A DNA stretch of 49,690 nucleotides. It comes from a virus. Its lineage: Duplodnaviria; Caudoviricetes. The notes under the pieces are model-generated. The model ran no database searches, was not told the origin of the DNA, and saw only the letters and a program-made list of their open reading frames with translations. Shown one piece after another: positions 8,591 through 18,024 of this stretch; positions within the stretch are counted from its first letter, which is position 1, and each line of letters begins with the position of its first letter. The position numbers were made by a program, and so were the translations under genes. The stretch is from positions 1-49,690 of the IMG/VR virus record IMGVR_UViG_3300028585_000030. One strand, given 5' to 3'.

Positions 8591-9865
8591 ATGAAGATCA
8601 CGCAGATCACCGCAGAGAACTACAAGCGGGTCACGCTGGCCACCATCAACTTCGAACCGACCGCATCGGGCGTCGTCGCGCTCATGGGCCCGAACGAGTC
8701 CGGCAAGTCGTCCACCCTCGACGCCTTCGAGGCGCTCATCGCCGGCCGGAAGGCCCCGAAGGTCTCGAAGCCGATCCACAAGGGCGCCGCGAAGGGCCGG
8801 ATCGTCGCGACGTTCCAGGAGGACGACGGCACCGAGCTCGTCGTCGAGCGGGTCTACACCGACAAGGGCACCACGATCACCGTGCGGCAGAACGGCCTGA
8901 AGGTCGCGAAGGCCGACGACATCCTGGCTCGGCTCTACAGCCACGTCGCCCTCGACCCGCTCGCGTTCGCGAACCTCGACAGCGAGAAGCAGGCCCAGAC
9001 CCTGCTCCGCCTCGTCGGCTTCGACCCGGCCGAGCTCGACGAGAAGCGGGCGAACCTCTACGCGACCCGCACCGACGTCGGCCGCGACGTGAAGCGCCTC
9101 ACGGGGCAGCTCGACGGGTTCCCGCCGGCGGCCGAGGTCGGCGAGCGCATCGACATCGCGGCCACCGCGGCCGAACTCGACCGAGGCGTCGAGCAGCACC
9201 AAGCAGCCGACCGGCTCCGGGCATCTGCGGACGCAGCATTGCAGGCGCACGGCGACCTAGTCGGCAACGTAGAGCAAGCCCGCGAGGCGCTAGCGCGCAC
9301 CGAGGCGACCCTGGCCGACTGGTCGACAACGCTCGTCGAGCGCGAGGCCGCGGCCGACGCTGCCGAGGCGGCACGCCCCGACCTCGCTCCGCTCCGCGAG
9401 AGGATCGCAACCGCCGAACAGCACAACGCGGCGATCGCCGAGCAGGAGCGCCGCGCGACGGTCGCCGGCGAGCTCGCGACGACCGCGGCCCGCTTCGCCG
9501 AGCTCACGACCAGCATCGAGGCCGTCGACGTCGAGAAGCGGAAGGGGTTCGAGGAGCACCCCATGCCGGTGCCCGGCCTCACCATCGACGAGGACGGCGA
9601 GGTCCTCCTGGACGGCACCCCGTTCTCGCAGACCTCGGCCGGCGGCAAGCTCCGTACGTCGGTCGCGATCGCGATGGCCCTCGCGCCGCACCTCCGCGCC
9701 ATCCTCATCCGCGACGGCAGCCTGCTCGACCAGCGCAACCGCGACATCATCGACCAGCTCGCCCGGGACAACGACTTCACCGTCCTCATGGAAATCGTCG
9801 ACGAGAACGCGCCCGCCGGCGTCGTGTTCGAGGACGGCCACATCGCCCGCGAGGTGACCGCGTGA
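8591..9865 (+). CDS. SMC/RecN/SbcC-like AAA ATPase
   Basis: ENYK, Walker A GPNESGKSS, central coiled coil, signature SAGG, Walker B ILIRDGSLLD. Confidence 0.9.
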   Translation: MKITQITAENYKRVTLATINFEPTASGVVALMGPNESGKSSTLDAFEALIAGRKAPKVSKPIHKGAAKGRIVATFQEDDGTELVVERVYTDKGTTITVRQNGLKVAKADDILARLYSHVALDPLAFANLDSEKQAQTLLRLVGFDPAELDEKRANLYATRTDVGRDVKRLTGQLDGFPPAAEVGERIDIAATAAELDRGVEQHQAADRLRASADAALQAHGDLVGNVEQAREALARTEATLADWSTTLVEREAAADAAEAARPDLAPLRERIATAEQHNAAIAEQERRATVAGELATTAARFAELTTSIEAVDVEKRKGFEEHPMPVPGLTIDEDGEVLLDGTPFSQTSAGGKLRTSVAIAMALAPHLRAILIRDGSLLDQRNRDIIDQLARDNDFTVLMEIVDENAPAGVVFEDGHIAREVTA

Positions 9866-10242
9866 TCGAGTACGGGCCTACGGCCATCACCATCCCGATC
9901 GCCGACCTCCCCGAGGTGCAGATCGGCGAGGAGCCCTACGGCAACGGGGCGCGCGTCGCCGTGCCCCGCCGGATGACCTACGGGTCCGACGAGGCGGTCG
10001 ACACCGCTCTCCGCGAGGTCGCGGCCGTCGCGCTGTGGCGCATCGCGCACACCGCCGAGGTCCGCCGCGTCGTCGAGGCGCGCGAGGCCGCAGAGGAGGC
10101 GAGCCTGGCCGAAGCCATGCGCGCCGCCCTCGGCCCGGCCGCGTCCCGGATCGCGCCGGCGACCCTCGCTCGTGCTGCACGCGCGCTCCGCGAGGACGAC
10201 AACGGGGTCCGCGTCTACGTCAGGACGGAGGAGACCTCGTGA
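9862..10242 (+). CDS. Hypothetical protein
   Basis: GTGA coupling; codon usage. Confidence 0.65.
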   Translation: MIEYGPTAITIPIADLPEVQIGEEPYGNGARVAVPRRMTYGSDEAVDTALREVAAVALWRIAHTAEVRRVVEAREAAEEASLAEAMRAALGPAASRIAPATLARAARALREDDNGVRVYVRTEETS

Positions 10243-10442
10243 GCTTCTTCCTCGCCGCCGTCGGCGTCGTCGTGTTCATCGTCGGAGTCCTCCTCGCGGT
10301 CGGCGCCCTCGGCGGGATCCCCACCTACCGCCGCGAGGCCGGCCGAGCTCGCCGCAAGACTCTCGCCGTGATGATCGGCGCGGGCGTCATCGGCCTCGTG
10401 CTCATCGCCGCCGGCTCGATCCTCATGACGGGGGGAGCATGA
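10239..10442 (+). CDS. Small 2-TM membrane protein
   Basis: GGAGG RBS; two hydrophobic helices. Confidence 0.6.
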   Translation: MSFFLAAVGVVVFIVGVLLAVGALGGIPTYRREAGRARRKTLAVMIGAGVIGLVLIAAGSILMTGGA

Positions 10443-10672
10443 GCAACTCGATCGGCCTCCGGCTCGCCGACCTCGTCGGGCACCTCGACCTCGACTCCGC
10501 GGAGGCGCGGGCCGCCCGCGACCGGCGCACCGCCGAGCAGGAGAAGCACCTCGAGGCGCGGCGGGAGCGAGACAGCCGGCGCCGCGCCGCGACGGTCATC
10601 TCGCAGCAGCAACGCGACCAGACGAACGCACGACGACGCGCCCTCCGGGCGCAGAGAGAGAGCACATCATGA
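10439..10672 (+). CDS. Hypothetical basic protein
   Basis: GGAG RBS; ATGA couplings. Confidence 0.6.
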   Translation: MSNSIGLRLADLVGHLDLDSAEARAARDRRTAEQEKHLEARRERDSRRRAATVISQQQRDQTNARRRALRAQRESTS

Positions 10673-11307
10673 GCGAGTGGCCCTCCGGCCTCACGGTCGG
10701 ACCGATCCGAGAGTGGCCGGGCGTGCTCCGGTCGCCCGTCGAGCGGGTCCGATCCCCGTTCGCGTCCACCCTGTCGACGACGCTCGCGCTCCTCACGCGC
10801 GAGGTGTACCACCTCGTCGACACGGCAGCGCAGCAGGCGAGCGGCGAGCTCCTCGTGGCGATCGACCCCTCGCGGTTCACGCGCGACGGTCGCCCCTACG
10901 CCGCGGCGAAGGCGGCCCACCCGGGCGTCGTGTTCTCGCTCGACACCCGCCACGGTCACCTGTCCTACCCGTGCGACCGGTTCCCGACCTGGCAGGACAA
11001 CCTCAGGGCGATCGCGCTCGCGCTCGAAGCTCTCCGCAAGGTCGACCGCTACGGCGTCACGGCGCACGGGCAGCAGTACCGCGGGTTCCTCGCCCTCGAA
11101 GCGCCGGCGGCCGGTGACTCCGTCGACGACGCCGTCGCCGCGCTGGCCCTGCTCTCGGGGCTCCGCGTCGTCGAGGTGGAGGCGTCGCCCGCCGCGGCCG
11201 TGCGGAAGGCGCAGCGGGTCGCGCACCCCGACCACGGCGGCACGCGCGACCAGTGGGACGCGCTGACCGTCGCGACGAACACCATCCGGGCGGCGGGGCT
11301 CCTGTGA
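10669..11307 (+). CDS. Phage DnaJ-like (C-terminal J-domain) protein
   Basis: PCDRFPTWQDNLRAIALALEALRKVDRYGV segment and C-terminal HPDHGG. Confidence 0.85.
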   Translation: MSEWPSGLTVGPIREWPGVLRSPVERVRSPFASTLSTTLALLTREVYHLVDTAAQQASGELLVAIDPSRFTRDGRPYAAAKAAHPGVVFSLDTRHGHLSYPCDRFPTWQDNLRAIALALEALRKVDRYGVTAHGQQYRGFLALEAPAAGDSVDDAVAALALLSGLRVVEVEASPAAAVRKAQRVAHPDHGGTRDQWDALTVATNTIRAAGLL

Positions 11308-11897
11308 TCCCCGCCGGCCACCCGCTCCGCGAGCTCGTCGTGGCGGACTCTCGCGACCGGCCGGCATGGCTGGCCGCTCGCGAGGGCCGCTTCGGCGGGT
11401 CGGACGCCGCCGGCTTCGCCAAGCTGACCAGCGCCCCGCTGTACCTCAAGGCGAAGCTCGGCGAGCCCTTCGGGGGCAACCCCTACACCCGCCACGGGAA
11501 CGAGCGGGAGGCGCGGATGCTCGCCGCCTACCACCTCGACCAGAACACCCTCATGTTCCGCCACCCGGACCGCCCCGAGCACGTGTCGACGCCCGACGCG
11601 GTCCTGGTGACGGCGGCCGGCGAGACCATCATCGCCGAGGCCAAGACGACCAACAAGCCGTTCACCTCGGCGCCGCCGCGGTACTGGCGGCAGATGGTTT
11701 GGAACATGTACGTCACCGGAGCGACCCGGTGCCTGTTCATCTGGGAGACCCACGAGGGGTTCCGCGCCCTCGACCTAGAGCCCGAGTCGCTGTGGGTTCT
11801 GCACGACCTCGACGAGGCAGCCCGCCTCGTCGCCATCGCCGACCGTGTCCAAGAGGGCATGGCGTCGGCTCGACGGTTCCGAGAGGACCTCTCATGA
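11304..11897 (+). CDS. YqaJ/lambda-exonuclease family protein
   Basis: WLAAR..FGGSD, HG..RE, STPD, EAKTT, YWRQM.W.MYVTG. Confidence 0.85.
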   Translation: MIPAGHPLRELVVADSRDRPAWLAAREGRFGGSDAAGFAKLTSAPLYLKAKLGEPFGGNPYTRHGNEREARMLAAYHLDQNTLMFRHPDRPEHVSTPDAVLVTAAGETIIAEAKTTNKPFTSAPPRYWRQMVWNMYVTGATRCLFIWETHEGFRALDLEPESLWVLHDLDEAARLVAIADRVQEGMASARRFREDLS

Positions 11898-13192
11898 GCA
11901 CTGACCTCGTCCGCCACTCCACCAGCTACAGCCGCATGGGCCTGCAGCAGCGCACCGCCTACGCGCACACCATCAGCGGCGCCGCTGACATGATCCCCGC
12001 CGGCCTGAACGACAAGGCGACCGGCCGCCCCTCGCCGGCGAAAATCTTCCTGGTCCTCGAGACCGGCTCCATGCTCGGGCTCGACCCCATGGCCGCGTTG
12101 CAGGGCATCGACGTCATCGAGGGCCGCGCGACGATCGCGCCGCGGCTCATGCTCGCCCTGATCCGCGCAGCCGGCTACCGGGTCAAGATCACCGAGCGCG
12201 GCACGGTCGAGGGCGGCGACTTCGGGGTCCACGTCAAGGCGTGGGACCCGGCCGACCCCGAGGACTCCGAGGAGGCCACCTTCACGATCGCGATGGCCGC
12301 CCGCGCCGGGCTCTGCACCTACACGCTCGACCAGCAGACGGGGCAGTGGACGGTCAAGGCCCGTTCGACGCGCGGCAACCCGCTCCCGTGGGAGATGTAC
12401 CCCGAGGACCTCACGCAGTGGCGCGCGGTCTCCCGGATGGGTAAGCGCGGGTTCGGGCACATCCTGCTCGGCATCGCCTACACGCCCGAGGAGCTCGAAG
12501 CCGTCGTCGGCGAGGACGGCACTCGCGCCGACGTCGTCGACACCGAGGCCGAGGCCGCGACGGTCCTCCGCATCAAGGCGCTCGACGACCGGCAGGACCT
12601 GCGGGTGCTCTACAACGAGCTCCGCTCGGCCGACCAGCTCACGCCGACGATCGAGCGCGAGCTGGACGCCCACCTCATGACCGTCACGAAAGACAGCCGG
12701 CCCCCGCAGGCCGGCCGCCCCGGCCACACCGGAGACCCGGCGATCGATGGCCCGCAGCAGATCGACGCGGCGCCCGCGCCCGACGACGAGCCCGTCGACG
12801 GCGAGCCCGAGCACGACGAGCACCCGCCGACCGACCGCGGCGCCGACGAGGAGCACGACTACGCCGAGGAGGTCCCCGCCGGCAGCACGGTCACGGCCGG
12901 CGGCGTCATCGTCGCGCAGGTCGAGCGGCACGAGGTCGCCGAGCCGGCGCCGCTGATCCCCGAGGAGGAGCTGCCCACGGCCGAGCAGGAGGCCGAGACT
13001 GCACGGCTCGCCGCGCTGCACGCCCCCGAGGCGCCCGCCGGCGACGAGTTCGACGCCGCGGCTCTCGCCGCCCACCCGACGCTCGACGACGCCACCCGAG
13101 CCAACATCGCCGACCTCGCGCGCCGCGCGGCCGCGAACACCGGAGCGCCCCGCCGCGGCTTCAACGCCTCCGCGATGGGTGGCACGAAGTGA
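11894..13192 (+). CDS. RecT/Redbeta-like single-strand annealing protein with long acidic C-terminal extension
   Basis: G..LGLDPM.ALQGI.VIEGR, W..YPED...WRA, G.AYTPEEL; adjacent to exonuclease. Confidence 0.75.
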   Translation: MSTDLVRHSTSYSRMGLQQRTAYAHTISGAADMIPAGLNDKATGRPSPAKIFLVLETGSMLGLDPMAALQGIDVIEGRATIAPRLMLALIRAAGYRVKITERGTVEGGDFGVHVKAWDPADPEDSEEATFTIAMAARAGLCTYTLDQQTGQWTVKARSTRGNPLPWEMYPEDLTQWRAVSRMGKRGFGHILLGIAYTPEELEAVVGEDGTRADVVDTEAEAATVLRIKALDDRQDLRVLYNELRSADQLTPTIERELDAHLMTVTKDSRPPQAGRPGHTGDPAIDGPQQIDAAPAPDDEPVDGEPEHDEHPPTDRGADEEHDYAEEVPAGSTVTAGGVIVAQVERHEVAEPAPLIPEEELPTAEQEAETARLAALHAPEAPAGDEFDAAALAAHPTLDDATRANIADLARRAAANTGAPRRGFNASAMGGTK

Positions 13193-14664
13193 CCGACGAC
13201 GCCGCGCCCGTCGTCCACTACCAGGAGGGCCCGGTAACGCTGATCCACGGCAACTGCCTCGACGCCCTCCGCGAGATGCCCGACGCGAGCGTGGACGCCG
13301 TCATCACCGACCCGCCCTACGGCCTCGCGAACACGACGCCCGGCCGCGTCGTCGAGACCCTCACCCGGTGGGCGGCCGGCGATCGCGAGTTCATCCCCGA
13401 GGGCGCCGGGTTCATGGGCCGGCGGTGGGACGCGTTCGTCCCGCCGCCGGCGGTGTGGGACGAGTGCTATCGGGTCCTGAAGCCGGGCGGCCACCTGCTC
13501 GCCTTCGCCGGCGCCCGGACCTTCGACCTCATGGGGATCAGCGTGCGGTTCGCCGGCTTCGACATCCGCGACGGCATCGCGTGGCTCTACGGCTCCGGGT
13601 TCCCGAAGTCGCACGACGTGAGCAAGGGCATCGACCGCCTCGACGCCGCGGAGGCGCGGCACGCCCGCGCGCAGCACTTCACCGCGTGGATGAGGACGAC
13701 CGGCCTGACCTCGGCCCGGATCAACGAGCTCACGAACACCGACATGGGCGGCCACTACCTCACCGACAAGAGCCAGCCGCACGTCGCGACCGCGGACCTG
13801 TTCGACGTGCTCCGGCCGCACATGCCCGAGGTCCCCGAGGACATCGAGCAGCTCGTGGCCGAGCGCACCGTCGAGTCGCAGAACTACGCGGCGCGCGCGG
13901 TCACCGGGCAGCACACGAAGCCCGCGGCCGCGCAGGTGTGGCGCAACAACGTCGACGGCGGCGGCATCGCGCCGGCGACCGAGCGGCGCGACGAGGCGCA
14001 CACCGAGGAGGCGCGACGCTGGCAGGGCTGGGGCACCGCACTCAAGCCCGCATTCGAGCCGATCGTGGTCGCCCAGAAGCCGTTCCGCGGGACCGTCGCG
14101 GCGAACGTCGTCGCGCACGGCACGGGCGCCATCAACATCGACGCGAACCGCATCGGCACCGAGGGCGGCGAGACCACGGGCAAGGGCCGGTGGCCGGCGA
14201 ACATCGTCCTCGACGAGTCGCAGGCGGCCGAGCTCGACCGGCAGGCGCCGACCGCCGGCGCGAGCGGCCGCGCCTCCGGGCCGACCCTGGCCGGCGCGAC
14301 GTCGGGCACCGTCGCCTACGGGGCCCGCGGAGGCACCGACATCCCCGCCCCGTTCTACGGCGACACCGGAGGCGCCTCGCGCTTCTTCTACGTCGCGAAG
14401 GCGCCGGGGTCCGAGCGCCCCGAGGCGGAGGGCACGATGCACGCGACCGTCAAGCCGCTCGCGCTCATGCAACGCCTCATCAGGCTCGTCACGCCGCCCG
14501 GCGGGACCGTCCTCGAACCGTTCGCCGGCAGCGGCACGACGCTCGAGGCGGCCCTCCGCGAGGGGTTCGACGTCGTCGGGATCGAGCGCGAGGCCGAGTA
14601 CCTCCCGCTCATCACGCAACGCCTCGACCGTCACCACCCCCAGACCCTGTTCGGTGACCTGTGA
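13189..14664 (+). CDS. DNA N6-adenine/N4-cytosine methyltransferase (beta class)
   Basis: Motif IV DPPY near N-terminus; H.TVKP and motif I EPFAGSGTT near C-terminus. Confidence 0.92.
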   Translation: MTDDAAPVVHYQEGPVTLIHGNCLDALREMPDASVDAVITDPPYGLANTTPGRVVETLTRWAAGDREFIPEGAGFMGRRWDAFVPPPAVWDECYRVLKPGGHLLAFAGARTFDLMGISVRFAGFDIRDGIAWLYGSGFPKSHDVSKGIDRLDAAEARHARAQHFTAWMRTTGLTSARINELTNTDMGGHYLTDKSQPHVATADLFDVLRPHMPEVPEDIEQLVAERTVESQNYAARAVTGQHTKPAAAQVWRNNVDGGGIAPATERRDEAHTEEARRWQGWGTALKPAFEPIVVAQKPFRGTVAANVVAHGTGAINIDANRIGTEGGETTGKGRWPANIVLDESQAAELDRQAPTAGASGRASGPTLAGATSGTVAYGARGGTDIPAPFYGDTGGASRFFYVAKAPGSERPEAEGTMHATVKPLALMQRLIRLVTPPGGTVLEPFAGSGTTLEAALREGFDVVGIEREAEYLPLITQRLDRHHPQTLFGDL

Positions 14665-15050
14665 GCGGGACCGGCTTCACGCCTCAGCAGAAGGCGACCA
14701 TCCTGTTCCGCGACGGCGACAAGTGCGCGATGTGCGGCCGCCGCGCGACCGAGGCGAACCACCGCGCGAACCGCGGCGCCGGCGGCCACCGTGCGAGCAA
14801 CACCCTCGCGAACGGGTGCGCCATCTGCCACGAGTGCAACGGGGCCATCGAGTCCGACCCCGAGGCCGCCGAGCTCGCCCGGGCCCGCGGGGTCAAGGTG
14901 AGCCGCTACGAGGATCCCGCGCTCGTCCCGTACCTCTCGCCGCTGTACGGCGTGCCCGTCCTCCTCGACGAGGCCGGCGGGTTCGCCTTCGTCCCCACCA
15001 CCGCCCCGGTCGACCCGGCCGCGGTGCCTACACTGTCCCGGAACGAGTGA
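14661..15050 (+). CDS. HNH endonuclease
   Basis: RDGDKCAMCG, HR.NRG.GG, NGCAICHECN. Confidence 0.8.
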   Translation: MSGTGFTPQQKATILFRDGDKCAMCGRRATEANHRANRGAGGHRASNTLANGCAICHECNGAIESDPEAAELARARGVKVSRYEDPALVPYLSPLYGVPVLLDEAGGFAFVPTTAPVDPAAVPTLSRNE

Positions 15051-15051
15051 A

Positions 15052-15081
15052 GCCCCCGGCGAGTCAGACTCAGCCGGGGGC
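15052..15081 (+). terminator. Intergenic hairpin (terminator or processing stem)
   Basis: gcccccggc-gagtcagactca-gccgggggc. Confidence 0.55.
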
Positions 15082-15109
15082 ACGCCCGTCACAACCACGA
15101 TCAGGAGCA

Positions 15110-15349
15110 ATGCACATGCTACACACGCCCGACCCCGATTCCACAGCCCCTGTGGACAACACGCCGCGGATCGACGCCGCCGACGTCCGCACCCGCGAGC
15201 AGTACACCGCCCACGACTGGGAGGGCCTCGTCGAGCGAGCCGCCGCGATCCGCGACGAGTCGATCGCCGCCGTCGAGCTCCTCTCGAACGCGGCCATCGG
15301 CGCCGGCTGCAACCCGGTCCGCATCCGCATCGCAGCGGGAGTGCTCTAG
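15110..15349 (+). CDS. Hypothetical protein
   Basis: AGGAG RBS before ATG 15110 (or 15116). Confidence 0.6.
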   Translation: MHMLHTPDPDSTAPVDNTPRIDAADVRTREQYTAHDWEGLVERAAAIRDESIAAVELLSNAAIGAGCNPVRIRIAAGVL

Positions 15350-16212
15350 TGCCTGCCGACGTCGCCGCTGACCAGTACTTCGCGATCGTCCCCGAGTGGG
15401 TCCTGGACGACACCCGCACCGCGAACGCCGTCAAGCTCTACGCACTCCTCCGCAGGTACGCCGACAAGGCGAGCGGCGAGGCGCACCCGTCGCGCCGCAC
15501 CCTGGCGACGCGCATGCGGTTCTCCCGCCCGCAGACCATCGACCCGATCATCGACGAGCTCGTCGAAATCGGCGCCGTCGTCGTGCACGAGCGGTGGACG
15601 GAGGCCGGCGACCGCGACTCGAACGGCTACACCGTCATGAGCACTCCGCCGAACAGGGTAGGCGCTCCGCCCGCACGAGGGGGAGTACCGGAGACCGCAC
15701 AACAGGTGGGCGCTCCGGCCGCACACAAACCAGAGTCACCAGAACCAGAGTCAGATGAACCAGAGAACACCCTTGCCCACGGCGGAGCCGCGGGCCTGCT
15801 CGGGGGCATCGAAGTCGAGGAGACCGACCCCGTGCTCGACAGCTTCGAGCGGGCATGGAAGGCGTGGCCCCGGTCGGAGTCGCGGAAGGCCGCCCTGCGG
15901 TCCTACCGCATCGCCGCCCGGAGCCTGCCCGTGACCGCCCTCGAGCGATTCACGATCGCGTGGGCCGAGGGTGCCTCCGCAGTGATCGCCGCCTCGACGA
16001 CGCCCAAGGAGCAGAAGTCGCGCACGCCCTACCTCGTGTCGTGGCTCAACGGCGAGCGGTGGACGGAGGCCCCCCCGGTCCCCGACCGCGACGTCAACGC
16101 CGCTCGGGGCGAGGCGCAGCGGTCCGACCTCGGCCGCCTGGCCGCACAGCTCGACGCAGCACAGCAGGCCGGCCTCGACGCCGGCACGACACCGAAGGAG
16201 CTCCGCCCGTGA
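15349..16212 (+). CDS. Replication initiator (N-terminal winged HTH, lambda O-like architecture)
   Basis: FAIVPEWVL...A.KLYALLRRYAD...AHPSRRTLA; C-terminal F...WKAWPR...K.A...P....WLNGERW. Confidence 0.85.
   Translation: MPADVAADQYFAIVPEWVLDDTRTANAVKLYALLRRYADKASGEAHPSRRTLATRMRFSRPQTIDPIIDELVEIGAVVVHERWTEAGDRDSNGYTVMSTPPNRVGAPPARGGVPETAQQVGAPAAHKPESPEPESDEPENTLAHGGAAGLLGGIEVEETDPVLDSFERAWKAWPRSESRKAALRSYRIAARSLPVTALERFTIAWAEGASAVIAASTTPKEQKSRTPYLVSWLNGERWTEAPPVPDRDVNAARGEAQRSDLGRLAAQLDAAQQAGLDAGTTPKELRP
15639..15770 (+). promoter_or_regulatory. Putative replication origin (iterons inside the initiator gene)
   Basis: Direct repeats aacagg.(t/g).ggcgctccg(c/g)ccgcac at 15652 and 15701, followed by A-rich accagag repeats 15729-15770. 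Confidence 0.6.
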
Positions 16213-16682
16213 GCATGGACAACCAGCAGGTCGCCGAGGTCCTCGCCCTCATCAGCCGCCACGACCGCCGCCACCTCGGCGACACCGACGCCGACAAGCT
16301 CCGCATGATCGACGAGTGGCGCCGGATGATCGGGCACAACGACTACAGCGACGCCATGAACGCCGTGATCGCGCACAAGGCGTCATCGACCGAGTACCTC
16401 GAACCGGCGCACGTGAACGCGATTTGCAAGGCGCGGCGGGAGGCGCGGCGGGCGGCCGAGCACCACGAGGCCCTCGTCCCGCCGAACCGCGAGGACTTCC
16501 CGACCATCCCCGCCGACATCGATCGAGCCCTCACGAGCTCGTGGAATGACCCGGTCCGGTACGCGGCCGCGGAGGCACGGCTGAACGAGTTCCTGGACTT
16601 CGCCGGGTTCCCGCGGGTGCACAACACGTTCCGCGGGCTCTCGCCGGTCGGCTCGGGCATCGACGAGCGGCCCCGGTCGTGA
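16209..16682 (+). CDS. Putative helicase loader / replication accessory protein
   Basis: Directly after initiator; V..VL..I...D.R....W...I....Y.DA..AV.AH....EYLEPAHV pattern. Confidence 0.6.
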   Translation: MSMDNQQVAEVLALISRHDRRHLGDTDADKLRMIDEWRRMIGHNDYSDAMNAVIAHKASSTEYLEPAHVNAICKARREARRAAEHHEALVPPNREDFPTIPADIDRALTSSWNDPVRYAAAEARLNEFLDFAGFPRVHNTFRGLSPVGSGIDERPRS

Positions 16683-16852
16683 GCATCGCCGCGATCCTCC
16701 GCCTCATGGCCCGCCGCGAGGAGGACGACCAGGGCTCGATCGTGTCCGTCATCTGCGTCATCGGGTGGCACGGAGAGCCGTGCGACGCCGCCCGCGAGCA
16801 GTCGGCGAGCCGCGTGCCCTGCTCCTGCTCGTGCCACGGAGCGACGTCGTGA
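16679..16852 (+). CDS. Small Cys-rich hypothetical protein (57 aa, absent from the ORF track)
   Basis: GTGA coupling at both ends; C...GWH...C...CSCSCH. Confidence 0.55.
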   Translation: MSIAAILRLMARREEDDQGSIVSVICVIGWHGEPCDAAREQSASRVPCSCSCHGATS

Positions 16853-17244
16853 CTGCCGACCACGGCCGGCACGCGCTGCCCTGGTACGACCGCCGGCAGC
16901 CCGCCGTGCTCACGGCCGCGGCCCGCCGGCACGGCCTCCGCACGACGCCCCGCCTCGGGCAGTGGCTGGACATCCTCGACGGGGCCGCCCCCGTGGCCCA
17001 CGCCCGGTTCTCCACCAAGGGGCAGCTCGCCCGGGCCTACGGCTTCACCGTCACCGGCAAGCGGGTCGACTTCTACGTCGCCGGCTTCGGCACCCCCCGC
17101 GAGGTCCTCGACCTCATCACCGAGTGGCTCGACCTCGGCCGCCCCGACGAGCCGGCCACCACCCCCACCAACCCCGTCACAACCACCCCCGAGCGCGAGC
17201 ACCTCGCCGAGGTCCTCCCGTTCCGACCCAGGAAGCACTCATGA
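16849..17244 (+). CDS. Hypothetical protein
   Basis: GGAG RBS; couplings. Confidence 0.6.
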   Translation: MTADHGRHALPWYDRRQPAVLTAAARRHGLRTTPRLGQWLDILDGAAPVAHARFSTKGQLARAYGFTVTGKRVDFYVAGFGTPREVLDLITEWLDLGRPDEPATTPTNPVTTTPEREHLAEVLPFRPRKHS

Positions 17245-17693
17245 TCGCCCTCACCGTTCGTCAGCCCTACGCCGCCCGCATCGTCGCCGGCGTCAAGACC
17301 ATCGAGAATCGCAGCCGCGGCACCCGACTCCGCGGGCAAGTCCTGATCCACGCCGGCGGCTCGATCCACAAGCGGTTCGCCATGAACGAGCGCGACCCGC
17401 TCCTGCAGGCACGGGAGGTCGGCATGCTGCCCCGCTCCGCGCTCGTCGGCGTCGTGCAGCTCGTCGGCGCCCACCACGCCGACACCTGCCCCGACGTCGA
17501 GGCGTGCACGCGCGCCGGCGGCGAGCGCCCGACCCGCGATGAGCCCGACGTCTGGCACTGGGAGCTCGCCGACGCCGTCCGCTTCGCGACGGAGGTGCCC
17601 CGGATCAAGGGCCAGCTCGGGTTCTGGGCGCCCGACGACCGCGGGCAGGACCTGGCCGCGACCGCGCTCCGCGAGGCGACCTCTCGTGTGTGA
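17241..17693 (+). CDS. ASCH domain protein
   Basis: ALTVRQPYA..IVAGVKTIENR...RG.VLIHAG...GQLGFW. Confidence 0.9.
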   Translation: MIALTVRQPYAARIVAGVKTIENRSRGTRLRGQVLIHAGGSIHKRFAMNERDPLLQAREVGMLPRSALVGVVQLVGAHHADTCPDVEACTRAGGERPTRDEPDVWHWELADAVRFATEVPRIKGQLGFWAPDDRGQDLAATALREATSRV

Positions 17694-18024
17694 CTCGTGC
17701 GCCGAGACCTTCGCCGCGTTCGTCGCGTCGCTCGACCCCGCCGAGGTCGAGCGGGAGCGCATGACCCCGCCGGCGCCGTCCGAGCACTTCGGCTCCCCGC
17801 AGTCCCGCCGGCAGCACGCCGAGCACGCCGCGAGGGCGGCCGTGTTCTGGCAGCAGGCCGAGCTCGTCGCCGCGATCCGCGCCGAGCGGCAGCGCGTCGA
17901 CGAGGGGTTCGTCGAGGCGATCCGCGAGGCCCGCCGGCTCGGCAGGCCGTACCCGCGCACCCCGATTGCCGAGACTCTCGCGCATCACCGGGCAGAATCA
18001 CTAGCAGGAGGACGAGCCGCATGA
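17686..18024 (+). CDS. Hypothetical protein
   Basis: Codon usage; ATGA coupling to next gene. Confidence 0.55.
   Translation: MCDSCAETFAAFVASLDPAEVERERMTPPAPSEHFGSPQSRRQHAEHAARAAVFWQQAELVAAIRAERQRVDEGFVEAIREARRLGRPYPRTPIAETLAHHRAESLAGGRAA

Noticed and set aside
12859-14637. Long minus-strand ORF (592 aa)
   Set aside because: Antisense shadow of the recombinase and methyltransferase genes, expected at this GC content; no motifs
13189-15050. Methyltransferase plus HNH as a restriction-modification system
   Set aside because: Small HNH genes and orphan MTases are both common in phage replication regions; adjacency alone is insufficient
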